Shown: positions 1 through 12,963, counted from the stretch's first letter. The stretch is 64,000 bases of DNA from Pueribacillus theae (GCF_003097615.1 NZ_QCZG01000013.1:16016-80015); one strand, 5' to 3'. Numbers and translations are program-made. Notes: a model not told the origin generated them from the sequence alone.

Positions 1-41
1 AAACCTGCCCTTGTACCCCACTGGCCTCGACTTTCCATCAT
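1..41 (-). CDS. 5' end of an unidentified gene running off the window start. It begins ATGATGGAAAGTCGA and is preceded by AAGGAGGT
   Basis: Reverse complement of 36-52 gives AAGGAGGTCATATGATG. The reading frame stays open to position 1. Only 13 codons are visible. Confidence 0.35.
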   Translation of the reverse strand, partial: MMESRGQWGTRAG

Positions 42-301
42 ATGACCTCCTTTTTTAAAAGTTAAAGTTAAATTGGCAATTCGCCAATTTAAACCAATCC
101 TACCTATCACCTCCAAGAAAGACGCATCAGCGTTTTCTTAATAATAAGGTATACTTTCGAAGCTTGTTCAATTACTAAAATTGTCAAAAAATCGTTGGAA
201 TTCTACTTGTTTTCAAGTATAGCCTACTGTTTAAAAAAATGTCAAAGACAAACTTTATCCCCCATCATTGAAAATAAGACCCCACTTATTGGAGTCTCTC
301 T

Positions 302-1108
302 TTATCTCGCATTTGGAACGATGGCTGGCGGCATACCCTGATTGGAATTATTATAGAACTCTGGAACTTCTCCATTTATTAATGTAAATACGAGCGGAAC
401 ATTTGTTGTTACCGTATCTGTTTCCGTTGCGAATGGGACAACGACGTTTACGTTCACATCAAGTCTTATATTAATTTCAATCCAAATGTTATTAATCCCG
501 ACAAGCTTGACGTTGCTGATAGGCTGTGATTTAACCTCCCCTATCGTATGAAACCGGATTGGGATTTTCGGACCGAGGTTAGCAAGCAACGTATTATGTG
601 TTGCTTTACCGAGTGAAATGTAGTGGACGACCCCCTCTTCTCCATCTCTTATGCTCTCAGCCTCTGTACCGTCTGCCGTTTCAGTCCATTGATTAATTTC
701 ACCCCTCTCGACTTTATTCAAATATTCCTGTGCCCTCTTCGTGGCTTCCGACAATATATGATTAAAGACTTTTGAATTTATTCTCGCTGATGTAATTTTC
801 CCGTTTTGATCTATATCTGTAATAACGAGTTCATCATGCTCTTCCAATTTTTCAAGATCCCCAACCATTTTACTTGATACGGCATCATTAATCGCTTGCT
901 GAGCGATTCGTTGTGTTTCTGCCTTCGCAATTTCAATGAGCGTTGGCTTTATATTTCTTTCCACGAGCCATAAACCTTGTAATGTCATGATTGTAAAAAT
1001 AACAGAAGAAATAGCAAAAACCGTTCGAAAAGGCAATGGCCCTCGCACCCGACGGAGCCGTTTCCTTCTAAACAAGAAAACCCCCCCTTTCATGCTATAT
1101 ATATGCAT
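302..1108 (-). CDS. yunB: sporulation protein YunB
   Basis: 268-aa ORF with an N-terminal signal/TM segment and the characteristic YunB family sequence. The B. subtilis synteny yunB-yunC-yunD is preserved. The exact start is uncertain (M1 or M6), with no strong RBS. Confidence 0.8.
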   Translation of the reverse strand: MHIYSMKGGVFLFRRKRLRRVRGPLPFRTVFAISSVIFTIMTLQGLWLVERNIKPTLIEIAKAETQRIAQQAINDAVSSKMVGDLEKLEEHDELVITDIDQNGKITSARINSKVFNHILSEATKRAQEYLNKVERGEINQWTETADGTEAESIRDGEEGVVHYISLGKATHNTLLANLGPKIPIRFHTIGEVKSQPISNVKLVGINNIWIEINIRLDVNVNVVVPFATETDTVTTNVPLVFTLINGEVPEFYNNSNQGMPPAIVPNAR

Positions 1109-1145
1109 GATGGAGAGGTTTCACACATTTAATTTAAAGCGAGGC

Positions 1146-1448
1146 TCAAAACATTTTCAGCAAGGCATCCTTTCCTTTCATACCGGCTGTAATACCCAAT
1201 GATTCCGCTTCATATGTGACAGATTCCAGCGGCGCTTCCAGCAATTCATCAATTGTTCGAACGCCAACAGCTCTGCCGGCAATAATTTTCCTGTCTTTTA
1301 GTTTGTCGTTCAATAATTGCACATCGAGCGCGCCGCACATTATATATCCTTTTTCACTGCTGACTGACATAAAGTTTGTTTTCGGCAGTTTTACAGTTAC
1401 TGCAGTGAAAGGCTTTCCGTCGATAAACAGAGGCTCAACAGAGATCAT
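1146..1448 (-). CDS. yunC: DUF1805 protein YunC
   Basis: The ORF spans 1146..1502. I prefer the internal ATG at 1448 (MISVEPLFIDGK...) because AAAGGAGTG lies 9 nt upstream. That gives 101 aa, matching YunC in size and position. Confidence 0.75.
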   Translation of the reverse strand: MISVEPLFIDGKPFTAVTVKLPKTNFMSVSSEKGYIMCGALDVQLLNDKLKDRKIIAGRAVGVRTIDELLEAPLESVTYEAESLGITAGMKGKDALLKMF

Positions 1449-1588
1449 TTTATGCCCACTCCTTTCTCTATATATCCTTTTAAAAAATAACTTAATTTGC
1501 ACCTGCGTCTACCAGTTTAGCTCCGAAGCAGGATTTCTCGGCGCAGGGCAACAAAGATGTATTTCTTTGTAATCGCCTTGCTCTTTCG

Positions 1589-1643
1589 CAAATTTAGGCC
1601 AATCTGGCTTCTGGCCTCCTAAGAAAACGCGTTAGCGTTTTTC
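1589..1643 (+). repeat. copy 1 of a dispersed intergenic repeat, core CGCAAATTTAGGCCAATCTGGCTTCTGGCC ... ACGCGTTAGCG
   Basis: Near-identical sequence at 44367..44420 (same strand) and 31171..31223 (opposite strand). Lies in the yunD-yunC intergenic region. Confidence 0.6.
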
Positions 1644-1657
1644 TTATATATATGTCA

Positions 1658-3055
1658 CTAGGCGAACAAATGTCCCAACTTCCACGCAAGCAGATCACGA
1701 AGCATTTCCGGAAGAAAGTAGCGTTTTTCTTTCGCTTGGGCTATAGCAGGGTAAAGCCGGCCAAATGTAAACATATCAATCGTTGCAATGGTATAGGTCT
1801 CCTTCGGATCTAGCGGTTTCCCCATAATATAGATATCACGTGCCCTGTTTTCGCCATCGCTTAATTGCTGGATCTCAAACGAAATGCCGTCGTAAATCAT
1901 CGATCCCATTACCTTCCCGCGAAAACCAAGGCCTTGTATTGTTAGGCCAACCACTTCTCTCCTCAGGCTTTGGGCAATGATTTCTTTTATTTCACTGCCT
2001 TTCAGCTTGACAACACACGGATTGATTGGATGCGGGCAAACACGGTGCAAATCTTTTTTCGTAACAATTCCCTGGGGAAGCCCTTCAAGTAAAATCCCCG
2101 CATTCACCATCGAAATTTCAGTATTGCACCATTCTTTTAAACTTTCAGCCAAGAGCTTAGTAAATGGGGATTGGCCATACCATGACACTTGAAGCGGTTT
2201 CGAAAGTGTTGCCACTTCTTCCTTTAGCCGGTGATTGCCTTCTTCACGCAGTCTTTGCACAAGCCTTTCCGTTGTTTCATTTTTTTTCATTTTATCAACA
2301 GGGACGCAAGATGCTTCTGTGGAAACGAGTTGCTTCATGTCTCGATCATAGGTCAATGTAATTTGGCCGACATAATTTCCAAACTTTCCTGCCTGCGCAA
2401 TCAGTGTCCCTTTCACAATTTTTCCTTGCTGCAAAAGGTGATGGGTATGGGCCCCAATGATGACATCAATGCCTTCCATTGCTTCGGCTGCCTGCACATC
2501 CCATCCATATCCCATATGCGAGAGCAAAATTAAAATATCCACCTTTGGACGTAATTTTTTAATCAGCGGCGGAAGGATTTCCCAAGCATCGGCGATTTTC
2601 CAGCCAAGCATGTCATAAAAAGAATAATATGGAATAGTAATTCCGATGACGCCAACCTTTAAGCCGTTTTTTAAGTGATGAATATCATAGGCTTTTGACC
2701 AACTCGGCGATTCTCCATTTTTATGGAATAGGTTTGCAACTAATACTTGGAATTCGGCTTTTTCGTAAAGGGAATCCAACTCTTCTTTTGAAAACGTAAT
2801 GCCTTCGTTATTCCCAATTGTTGCATTATCGTATTTCAGTTCATTTAACAGTTCAATATTTCCTTTGCCTGACAGCCCTTCTGTTATGCTGTCAAATCGG
2901 TCACAATGATCGCCGATATCAAAAAGAAGCGTCTCTTCATTTTTCATGTGATGCAATTTTCTTTGCTGCTTGATGAAATGAGCGATTTCTGACCAATGGT
3001 CCAAATGACTATGAATATCGTTCGTATGATAAATATGAATCGTTTCGAGCGCCAT
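1658..3055 (-). CDS. yunD: bifunctional metallophosphatase/5'-nucleotidase YunD
   Basis: 465 aa with N-terminal calcineurin-like motifs (DIHSH, GDH, GNNE, HTHH) and a C-terminal 5'-nucleotidase domain. Synteny with B. subtilis yunD. Confidence 0.85.
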   Translation of the reverse strand: MALETIHIYHTNDIHSHLDHWSEIAHFIKQQRKLHHMKNEETLLFDIGDHCDRFDSITEGLSGKGNIELLNELKYDNATIGNNEGITFSKEELDSLYEKAEFQVLVANLFHKNGESPSWSKAYDIHHLKNGLKVGVIGITIPYYSFYDMLGWKIADAWEILPPLIKKLRPKVDILILLSHMGYGWDVQAAEAMEGIDVIIGAHTHHLLQQGKIVKGTLIAQAGKFGNYVGQITLTYDRDMKQLVSTEASCVPVDKMKKNETTERLVQRLREEGNHRLKEEVATLSKPLQVSWYGQSPFTKLLAESLKEWCNTEISMVNAGILLEGLPQGIVTKKDLHRVCPHPINPCVVKLKGSEIKEIIAQSLRREVVGLTIQGLGFRGKVMGSMIYDGISFEIQQLSDGENRARDIYIMGKPLDPKETYTIATIDMFTFGRLYPAIAQAKEKRYFLPEMLRDLLAWKLGHLFA

Positions 3056-3081
3056 GTCTTCCCCCCATTACGCTATCGCGC

Positions 3082-3927
3082 TTAAAATAAATCGAGTTGC
3101 CTTGGTGCGAGAGTTTCATATTGGATCCCAAGAATTTGCATCATTTCTTTTGCATTGTCAGCAGCATCGCCGCCTGAATTGTTATTAAACAAAGCATAAA
3201 CGTTTTCGCTTTGCTTCTCTAATTCGCGCAATTGATTGGCCAATCCTTTTAATTCCTCACTATTATAGCGATATAAGTAGCGGACTTCCCGCCAATTTTT
3301 ATCTTTTGGCCTGTTCCATCCATATGTATTCCTTCCATGAAAGCGGACAAGCGTTGCCGCTTTTGCCGTTGAACGTGTAATGAAGGGGACTGACGCCTCT
3401 CCTGCTTGTGGTTCATCACAAACGGTATGGATCCATCCTTCTTCTGCCATGAAGCGCAATGTTTTTTCCTTGTATGGCGGACGAAACCAAGATTGATGTC
3501 GAAATTCAAGCGCCACTGGCAAATCGCCCATTTGAGCCTTTATGTGTCGAAGCTTTGAGACGTTTTCTTTATTCAATGTAAACCATGGAGGAAATTGAAA
3601 AAGAATCATTGCTAGTTTACCCGCTTCATGTAAAGGAACAATGGATTCTATATATGCATCAAACATTTCCTTTTCCGAAAGAAATGGATTTTTCCCTCGA
3701 TCATGCCCAGTCATCCCTTGGTACGCCTTAGCGATAAACTTAAAGGAGTCGGGTGTGCTTTGTATCCAATTATCGATATTTCTTTTTGGCTGCACCGCAT
3801 AAAAACTTGCATCAAGCTCGACTATCGGAAAATGGCTTGCATAATGTGCAAGCTTTTCTGTTTGTTTAATTTTGTCAGGATAAAGCGTGTCATGGTCTCC
3901 CCAGCCTGTCACACCAATATAAATCAA
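3082..3927 (-). CDS. DUF72 family protein (YunF-like)
   Basis: 281 aa. The DUF72 signature is recognisable and the gene is adjacent to yunD as in B. subtilis. The yunE homolog is absent. Confidence 0.7.
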   Translation of the reverse strand: MIYIGVTGWGDHDTLYPDKIKQTEKLAHYASHFPIVELDASFYAVQPKRNIDNWIQSTPDSFKFIAKAYQGMTGHDRGKNPFLSEKEMFDAYIESIVPLHEAGKLAMILFQFPPWFTLNKENVSKLRHIKAQMGDLPVALEFRHQSWFRPPYKEKTLRFMAEEGWIHTVCDEPQAGEASVPFITRSTAKAATLVRFHGRNTYGWNRPKDKNWREVRYLYRYNSEELKGLANQLRELEKQSENVYALFNNNSGGDAADNAKEMMQILGIQYETLAPRQLDLF

Positions 3928-4203
3928 TGTTCCAATCCTCTCCTTTTCTTGATTTTATTTTGACTCTTTCCGTTAAAAAAGGCAACTTCTTGGCTTTAAA
4001 AACCATTACAATTTGATAGCATGTCTCGTTTTAAAGCTTTCTATTTTTTGTTATAATGTAAGGTATGTATTACAAGGGCGTTATGGAAAATGATAAAACT
4101 CCTTAAATGAATAGATGTTGCTAGAAGAAAATGAAGAATATGGGAATGGGTTTGGAGAGGAGAATCAAAACAAATTAAATAATTTCTGAAAGGCATGTGT
4201 AAA

Positions 4204-4476
4204 ATGGACAATGATAAACTTGATTTGATTTTAAGTGAGCTGAAAAACATCAAGTCCGAACAAGAACGTCATAGTGACTTACTCCATCAATTAATTAAAA
4301 CAGTTGGTGCCACAAACACAAAACTTGAGTCAACAGAATCGAACGTTCACAGGCTTCACGATGAACTCTCATCTCTCAAACAAGGACAAGAACGCCAAGA
4401 CAAAATTCTTGAATCGCTTGCCATGCGCTCCCTTGAACAAGAAACTGAACTGCGTGATTTGAAAAGGATTAAATAA
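4204..4476 (+). CDS. small coiled-coil hypothetical protein
   Basis: ORF 4195..4476. The ATG at 4204 (MDNDKL) has AAAGG upstream. Heptad-rich sequence (LESTESNVHRLHDELSSLKQ). A weak hairpin plus T-run follows at about 4545-4575. Confidence 0.45.
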   Translation: MDNDKLDLILSELKNIKSEQERHSDLLHQLIKTVGATNTKLESTESNVHRLHDELSSLKQGQERQDKILESLAMRSLEQETELRDLKRIK

Positions 4477-4770
4477 ATAACGCCCAAAATACAAATCAAC
4501 TCACAAAGTTTGTTAACATACGTTAACATACATAGAATGTACAGCACGGCATTTCGTCGTGTTTTATTTTTATTTACTATATAATGTCTAAAAAATAGAA
4601 GAAGACGAACTAGCAAAGGTCGCCTCCCTTTCTTACTAATACATACATTTATTCTTGTCGTTGTTGCAAAACAACAGCAGACACTTATCTGGATATCACA
4701 CCTCAGTATGAAAGTGATAATTGAATAAAATTGCCACCCATTTGAATTCTAACGTGGCAAAAACATGGCA

Positions 4771-4812
4771 AAATAACAAATTGAACCCTCGCCACTAATG
4801 CAGTAGTGACAA
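4771..4812 (-). terminator. stem-loop downstream of sufB
   Basis: GAACCCTCGCCACTAATGCAGTAGTGACAAGGGTTC with an inner CACTA/TAGTG stem. A T-rich tract follows on the minus strand. Confidence 0.4.
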
Positions 4813-4825
4813 GGGTTCCTATGAT

Positions 4826-6223
4826 TTATCCTACAGAACCTTCCATTTCGAATTTAATGAGACGGTTCATTTCAACGGCGTATTCCATTGGGAGTTCTTT
4901 CGTAAACGGCTCAATGAAGCCCATGACGATCATTTCAGTTGCTTCCTGCTCTGAGACACCGCGGCTCATTAAATAGAAGAGCTGTTCTTCCGATACTTTC
5001 GAAACTTTCGCTTCGTGTTCAAGCGAAATGTTATCGTTCATAATTTCGTTGTACGGAATGGTGTCTGAAGTAGAGATATTGTCCATCATTAAAGCATCAC
5101 ATTCAATGTTGGCGCGGGCCCCTTCTGCTTTCCGCCCAAAACGGACAATTCCTCGGTACGTTGTTTTTCCACCTTGCTTCGAAATTGATTTTGATACGAT
5201 AGAAGAGGTTGTGTTTGGCGCAAGGTGAATCATTTTCGCTCCAGCATCCTGGTGCTGCCCTTTTCCTGCAATTGCAATGGAAAGTGTTAAACCACGTGCA
5301 CCCTCGCCTCTTAAAAATACGGCAGGATATTTCATCGTAAGTTTTGAACCAATATTGCCGTCGATCCATTCCATCGTTGCGTTTTCATCACATACTGCGC
5401 GCTTTGTCACTAGGTTAAACACATTGTTGGCCCAGTTCTGGATCGTTGTGTAACGGCAGTATCCGTCCTTTTTCACGATGATCTCAACGACAGCGCTGTG
5501 AAGGGAGTTCGTTGTATAAACAGGTGCCGTACAGCCTTCTACATAATGGACAGAAGCCCCTTCATCAACGATGATAAGCGTTCTTTCAAATTGCCCCATA
5601 TTTTCCGAATTGATTCGAAAATAGGCTTGGAGAGGTGTTTCACACTTCACGCCTTTTGGAACATAGATGAAGGAACCGCCTGACCATACAGCTGAATTTA
5701 ACGCAGCAAATTTGTTATCTGATGGAGGTACAGTTTTTCCGAAATGTTCTCTAAAGATGTCTTCATTTTCTTTTAGGGCGGAATCTGTGTCTTTAAAGAC
5801 GATTCCCATGTCTTCCAAGTCTTTTTTCATGTTATGGTAGACAACTTCAGATTCATACTGGGCTGATACGCCTGCCAAGTACTTTTGCTCCGCTTCCGGA
5901 ATTCCAAGTTTATCAAATGTACGCTTAATTTCTTCCGGAACTTCATCCCATGAGCGTTCCGATTTTTCGGATGGTTTCACGTAATACGTAATTTCATCGA
6001 AGTTTAAATCGGATAAGTCGCCGCCCCATTGCGGCATCGGCATTTTATAAAATTGATCAAGCGATTTCAAGCGAAATTCGAGCATCCATTCAGGCTCATT
6101 TTTCATTCTCGAAATTTCTTCGACAATTTCACGGGTTAATCCGCGTTCCGAACGGAAAATAGAAACGTCTTTATCTCGAAAACCATATTTGTATTCGCCA
6201 ATTTCAGGCATTTTTTTAGCCAT
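4826..6223 (-). CDS. sufB: Fe-S cluster assembly protein SufB
   Basis: 465 aa with strong SufB family identity. Last gene of the sufCDSUB cluster. Confidence 0.9.
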   Translation of the reverse strand: MAKKMPEIGEYKYGFRDKDVSIFRSERGLTREIVEEISRMKNEPEWMLEFRLKSLDQFYKMPMPQWGGDLSDLNFDEITYYVKPSEKSERSWDEVPEEIKRTFDKLGIPEAEQKYLAGVSAQYESEVVYHNMKKDLEDMGIVFKDTDSALKENEDIFREHFGKTVPPSDNKFAALNSAVWSGGSFIYVPKGVKCETPLQAYFRINSENMGQFERTLIIVDEGASVHYVEGCTAPVYTTNSLHSAVVEIIVKKDGYCRYTTIQNWANNVFNLVTKRAVCDENATMEWIDGNIGSKLTMKYPAVFLRGEGARGLTLSIAIAGKGQHQDAGAKMIHLAPNTTSSIVSKSISKQGGKTTYRGIVRFGRKAEGARANIECDALMMDNISTSDTIPYNEIMNDNISLEHEAKVSKVSEEQLFYLMSRGVSEQEATEMIVMGFIEPFTKELPMEYAVEMNRLIKFEMEGSVG

Positions 6224-6271
6224 TATTATTCCTCCTTTTCTAATTTAAAACAAGGAGCCCGTTATACTTCA

Positions 6272-9223
<2,952 letters not shown>

Positions 9224-9249
9224 TAATATTCCTCCTAGCTGCTGTGCTT

Positions 9250-10032
9250 CTATTTCTGGCCTACTGTTTCATCTTCAATGCCCAGTTCTGCTTTAATCCA
9301 ATCATACCCTTCAGCTTCCAGGCGCTCAGCAAGCTCTGGGCCGCCAGATTTTACAATTCTCCCTTGCATCATGACATGGACTTTATCCGGCTTAATATAA
9401 TTTAACAAACGTTGATAGTGTGTAATGATCAGCGCTCCAAACTCAGGATTCCTCATTTCGTTGACGCCTTTGGCAACAATTTTCAACGCATCAATATCAA
9501 GACCTGAATCAATTTCATCCAAAATTGCAATCTTCGGCTCAAGCATGAGCAACTGCAAAATTTCATTTCGCTTTTTTTCTCCGCCTGAAAAACCCTCATT
9601 TAAATAACGTTGGCTGAATGATTCATCCATATCAAGCAATTTCATTTTTTCATCAAGTTGGCGGATAAATTTCATTAGTTGAACTTCGTTGCCTTCCCCG
9701 CGCTTCGCATTGATGGCTGTTCTCATGAAATCCGCATTCGTTACACCACTGACTTCGCTCGGATATTGCATCGCAAGAAATAGACCTTCTCTTGCACGTT
9801 CATCAACTTCCATTTCAAGCAAGTCTTTGCCGTTGAACGTTACACTTCCTTGAGTGACTTCATATCTAGGGTGTCCCATAAGCGCAGAAGCAAGCGTTGA
9901 TTTTCCTGTTCCGTTAGGACCCATTACGGCATGGATTTCTCCGCCCTTAATTTCAAGGCTTAAATCTTTAATAATCTCTGTATCTTCAATCGATACATGT
10001 AAATTATCAATTTTTAAATGTGGTGCTGTCAT
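9250..10032 (-). CDS. sufC: Fe-S cluster assembly ATPase SufC
   Basis: 260 aa with Walker A (GPNGTGKST), ABC signature (FSGGEKKR) and Walker B (LDEIDSGLD). Confidence 0.9.
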   Translation of the reverse strand: MTAPHLKIDNLHVSIEDTEIIKDLSLEIKGGEIHAVMGPNGTGKSTLASALMGHPRYEVTQGSVTFNGKDLLEMEVDERAREGLFLAMQYPSEVSGVTNADFMRTAINAKRGEGNEVQLMKFIRQLDEKMKLLDMDESFSQRYLNEGFSGGEKKRNEILQLLMLEPKIAILDEIDSGLDIDALKIVAKGVNEMRNPEFGALIITHYQRLLNYIKPDKVHVMMQGRIVKSGGPELAERLEAEGYDWIKAELGIEDETVGQK

Positions 10033-10231
10033 GAAAAATACCTCCAGTAGATGAATGTAATTTCGATGTTAGGTTATCATTTGCAAATGGGAAAGTTTTG
10101 CCTAACACCCACAATTTCTCAACATGAATATTGGTTTTTGTATTCTCAATCTATTCTCATTACAATCTTATAACAAATAAAAATGTTTATCAAGTAATGT
10201 CCCTCTATAGCAATTAGGCTATCCAAACAGA

Positions 10232-10265
10232 TGAAAAGCCAGTCACCCATTGACTGGCTTTTCAT
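10232..10265. terminator. perfect inverted repeat AAAAGCCAGTCA-cccat-TGACTGGCTTTT
   Basis: 12-bp perfect stem flanked by an A-run and a T-run, so it can terminate in either direction. Lies between the small ORF and the suf promoter region. Confidence 0.6.
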
Positions 10266-10280
10266 CTATTTATCGTCATA

Positions 10281-10427
10281 CTAATGATCTTTCACAGCGT
10301 CCTTGACAACCCAGCGGCTTTTCTTGTAGCTTTGTTCCCTTGTTTTTTCCACTTCAATCCGTTTTTCAAAGCTTTGGCAATATTCGTCAAATCCAAAACC
10401 ATGCGCTTGATGCATTGCCCTTTCCAT
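10281..10427 (-). CDS. candidate 48-aa small protein (MERAMHQAHGFGFDEYCQSFEKRIEVEKTREQSYKKSRWVVKDAVKDH)
   Basis: ATG-initiated ORF below the 60-aa cutoff of the track. It sits between the metY terminator and the terminator at 10232. The RBS is weak (AAGTGA). Confidence 0.3.
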   Translation of the reverse strand: MERAMHQAHGFGFDEYCQSFEKRIEVEKTREQSYKKSRWVVKDAVKDH

Positions 10428-10641
10428 TTCACTTGTGTAATTCAAGTTTAATGGGGATAAAATAATAAACCAATCCTTTCAGTGTTTTTGATTTGGTTAA
10501 CACTATGACCATACCCTAACATTTTAATGTTGAAACAACAAACGTCATATTTGTAGAAAATCAACCGTATCTCTCCTTCTGCCACGGGCAGGCCAGATGA
10601 ACCTCATGGTTAGCAATAATCCTTAAAATCTCTGCGGAATC

Positions 10642-10665
10642 TATAAAGGCCTCTTAAACAGAGGC
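10642..10665 (-). terminator. metY terminator (GGCCTCTgtttaAGAGGCC plus T-tract)
   Basis: 7-bp perfect stem immediately 3' of the metY stop on the minus strand. TTTATAG follows. Confidence 0.6.
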
Positions 10666-10670
10666 CGAAG

Positions 10671-11963
10671 TTATGCTGATTTTGCTTTTTGAAATGCTTG
10701 TTCAAGATCTTCAATTAAATCTTCGACATTCTCAATACCAACGGATAGGCGAATCATATCGGCACTGACACCAGCGCTTTTCAATCCTTCTTCATCAAGC
10801 TGGGAATGCGTTGTACTTGCTGGGTGGACGATTAAGCTTTTCGCATCACCGACATTGACAAGATGTGACCAAAGGTTTACAGAATTGATAACCTTTTCCC
10901 CAGCTTCTCTTCCGCCTTTGATTCCGAATACGATGATAGAGCCTGCCCCTTTTGGCAAATATTTCGCCGCAAGTTCTTTTGATTCATGATCTTCCAGTTC
11001 GGGATACGATACCCATTCTACATCAGGATGGTTCTTTAAGTACTTAACGATTTCTCTCGTATTGGCAATATGCTCTTTCATTCTTACGTGAAGGGTTTCC
11101 AATCCAAGCGCCAACTGGTGGGCGTTAAATGGGCTTAAAGAAGGACCCATGTCACGAAGCAGCTGAACGCGTGCTTTCGTAATAAATGCCTGATTCCCTA
11201 ACGCTTCAGCGTATACTAATCCATTGTAGCTTGGGTCCGGCTCAGTGAAGCCCGGAAATTTCGGGGAGTTCCAGTCGAAATTGCCGCCATCAACGAGAAG
11301 GCCGCCCATTGTTGCTCCTGCGCCGCCGATCCATTTCGTTGCAGAGTGAACGACAATATTCGCCCCATGTTCAATTGGCCGGCATAAATATGGGGTACCG
11401 AACGTGTTGTCAACAATTAAAGGGATGCCATTTTCATTGGCAATCTTCGCTACTGCTTCGATGTCCAGTACGTTAAGCCCAGGATTGCCAATCGTTTCAG
11501 CAAAAATCGCTTTCGTCTTTGACGTGATCGCATTGCGGAAATTTTCCGGATCGGAAGGATCAACAAAAATTGTTTTTATTCCGTACTTTGGTAATGTAAC
11601 AGCAAACAAATTGTATGTACCGCCATATAATGTGGAAGCAGCCAGGATTTCATCCCCTGTGCCGGCTATGTTCATAATAGCCATCGTAATCGCAGCCGAA
11701 CCGCTTGCAAGCCCCAAGCTTCCAACCCCGCCTTCCATTTGTGTGATGCGTTCTTCTAAAGCACCAACGGTTGGATTCATAATCCGTGTATAAATATTGC
11801 CTGGTTCTGTAAGCGCAAAAAGATTCGCGGCATGTTCTGTATCTCTAAATTGGTAAGCGGTTGTCTGGTAAATTGGCAAGGCTCTCGATCCCGTCACAGG
11901 GTCGGCTTCAAGGCCAGCGTGAACGCCAAGTGTCTCTATACGATATTTTTTTTCTTCTGACAT
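10671..11963 (-). CDS. metY: O-acetylhomoserine aminocarboxypropyltransferase/sulfhydrylase (Cys/Met PLP-dependent family)
   Basis: The ORF extends to 11996. I prefer the ATG at 11963 (MSEEKKY), which follows AAGGAGG with correct spacing. Cys/Met-metabolism PLP-enzyme signature including the lysine in STKWIGG. Confidence 0.85.
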   Translation of the reverse strand: MSEEKKYRIETLGVHAGLEADPVTGSRALPIYQTTAYQFRDTEHAANLFALTEPGNIYTRIMNPTVGALEERITQMEGGVGSLGLASGSAAITMAIMNIAGTGDEILAASTLYGGTYNLFAVTLPKYGIKTIFVDPSDPENFRNAITSKTKAIFAETIGNPGLNVLDIEAVAKIANENGIPLIVDNTFGTPYLCRPIEHGANIVVHSATKWIGGAGATMGGLLVDGGNFDWNSPKFPGFTEPDPSYNGLVYAEALGNQAFITKARVQLLRDMGPSLSPFNAHQLALGLETLHVRMKEHIANTREIVKYLKNHPDVEWVSYPELEDHESKELAAKYLPKGAGSIIVFGIKGGREAGEKVINSVNLWSHLVNVGDAKSLIVHPASTTHSQLDEEGLKSAGVSADMIRLSVGIENVEDLIEDLEQAFQKAKSA

Positions 11964-12051
11964 GGTCATTTCCTCCTTAATTCGCACTAAATACATTGGA
12001 ATAATAAAACTTTAACAACGTTTCCTTCGATTGTCAATGTTATCTTTAGTT

Positions 12052-12369
12052 TTATTCCGAAAACTTAGTTAACAAATAGAATAATTTCTCCAACTCGCCG
12101 AAAGCGACGAAACGTTCGACCGGCTCTCCGTTTTTAAAAAATACGAGAATGGGAACGCTCATAATTTTAAATGGCTCAGCTAAATCAGGCATTCGATTCA
12201 GATCACAAGAAACGATGGGAAACGTTACATTCATTTTACTTATTACTGTTTCCAGCATATTTCTGGCAAGCTTGCACGTTCCACAAAACGGGGTGTGGAA
12301 AAAAGCAGCCACTAAAGGCTCTTCTTGTAATTTTGTTTTAAATTGTGTTTCATTCAATTCTGAAATCAC
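12052..12369 (-). CDS. thioredoxin-like protein (YusE-like, CGTC active site)
   Basis: 105 aa with a GTG start. Motif FCGTCK in the expected position for a thioredoxin fold. Sits 55 nt upstream of metY on the same strand. Confidence 0.7.
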   Translation of the reverse strand: MISELNETQFKTKLQEEPLVAAFFHTPFCGTCKLARNMLETVISKMNVTFPIVSCDLNRMPDLAEPFKIMSVPILVFFKNGEPVERFVAFGELEKLFYLLTKFSE

Positions 12370-12407
12370 GCAACTAAAACTCCAATCTCTTTACAGTTTC
12401 CTCATTA

Positions 12408-12450
12408 AAAAAATCCTAGCAGAGCATAAAAGCGTGCTGTAGGATTTTTT
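12408..12450. terminator. gcvH terminator; hairpin flanked by an A-run and a T-run
   Basis: AAAAAAATCCTAGCAGAGC...GTGCTGTAGGATTTTTT, downstream of the gcvH stop on the minus strand. Confidence 0.55.
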
Positions 12451-12466
12451 CGTTTTGGTTCTATTG

Positions 12467-12512
12467 AAATTCCCGCGGAAGTCGATTTGCCTTCCGAGAA
12501 GCGGGTTTTTCT
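12467..12512 (+). other. GC-rich nested hairpin CCCGCGGAAG-tcgatttgc-CTTCCgagaaGCGGG followed by TTTTT
   Basis: Strong stem-loop with a T-run on the plus strand, but there is no plus-strand gene upstream. It lies right after the gcvH stop on the minus strand. Confidence 0.4.
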
Positions 12513-12576
12513 TACGAAAAAAGGTTCTCTCCAGGCAAAATCGCCCCGCTAACATTTCATATAGGCAATTGTTCGA

Positions 12577-12963
12577 TTATTCGTCCTCAGATACCATTTT
12601 TTCGTAGTCTTCCGCAGACATTAATTCATCGACTTCAGACATGTTCGTTGGTTCAATCACGATCATCCAAGCTTTTTCATAGGGTGATTCGTTTACGAAT
12701 TCTGGGCTGTCATCAAGGTCTTCATTAATTTCAACGACCTTGCCGTTCACTGGCGCATATAGTTCTGAGACTGTTTTGACTGATTCTACACTTCCGAACG
12801 GCTCGTCCGCCTCTACTTCGGCGCCAACTTCAGGCAATTCGACAAAGACGATGTCGCCTAATTCCGATTGTGCGAAATCGGTAATGCCAACTCTTACATT
12901 GTTTCCTTCAACTTTTACCCATACGTGTTCATCTGAATAGCGTAAATCGTTTGGCAAGTTCAT
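12577..12963 (-). CDS. gcvH: glycine cleavage system H protein
   Basis: The ORF extends to 12999. I prefer the ATG at 12963 (MNLPNDLRY), which follows GGAGGG. Lipoyl-lysine motif [14 protein letters not shown]. Confidence 0.9.
   Translation of the reverse strand: MNLPNDLRYSDEHVWVKVEGNNVRVGITDFAQSELGDIVFVELPEVGAEVEADEPFGSVESVKTVSELYAPVNGKVVEINEDLDDSPEFVNESPYEKAWMIVIEPTNMSEVDELMSAEDYEKMVSEDE

Noticed and set aside
4511-4530. Direct repeat GTTAACATAC x2, and other short repeats, as a possible CRISPR.
   Set aside because: Only two 10-bp copies with no spacer structure. No CRISPR-like array exists anywhere in the window.
10033-10670. SAM (S-box) riboswitch or T-box leader associated with metY.
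   Set aside because: No S-box or T-box consensus blocks were found on either strand. The region is downstream of metY and contains only terminators and a small ORF.
12149-12442. 97-aa plus-strand ORF.
   Set aside because: Antisense to the thioredoxin-like gene, and would run into the gcvH terminator. No RBS.
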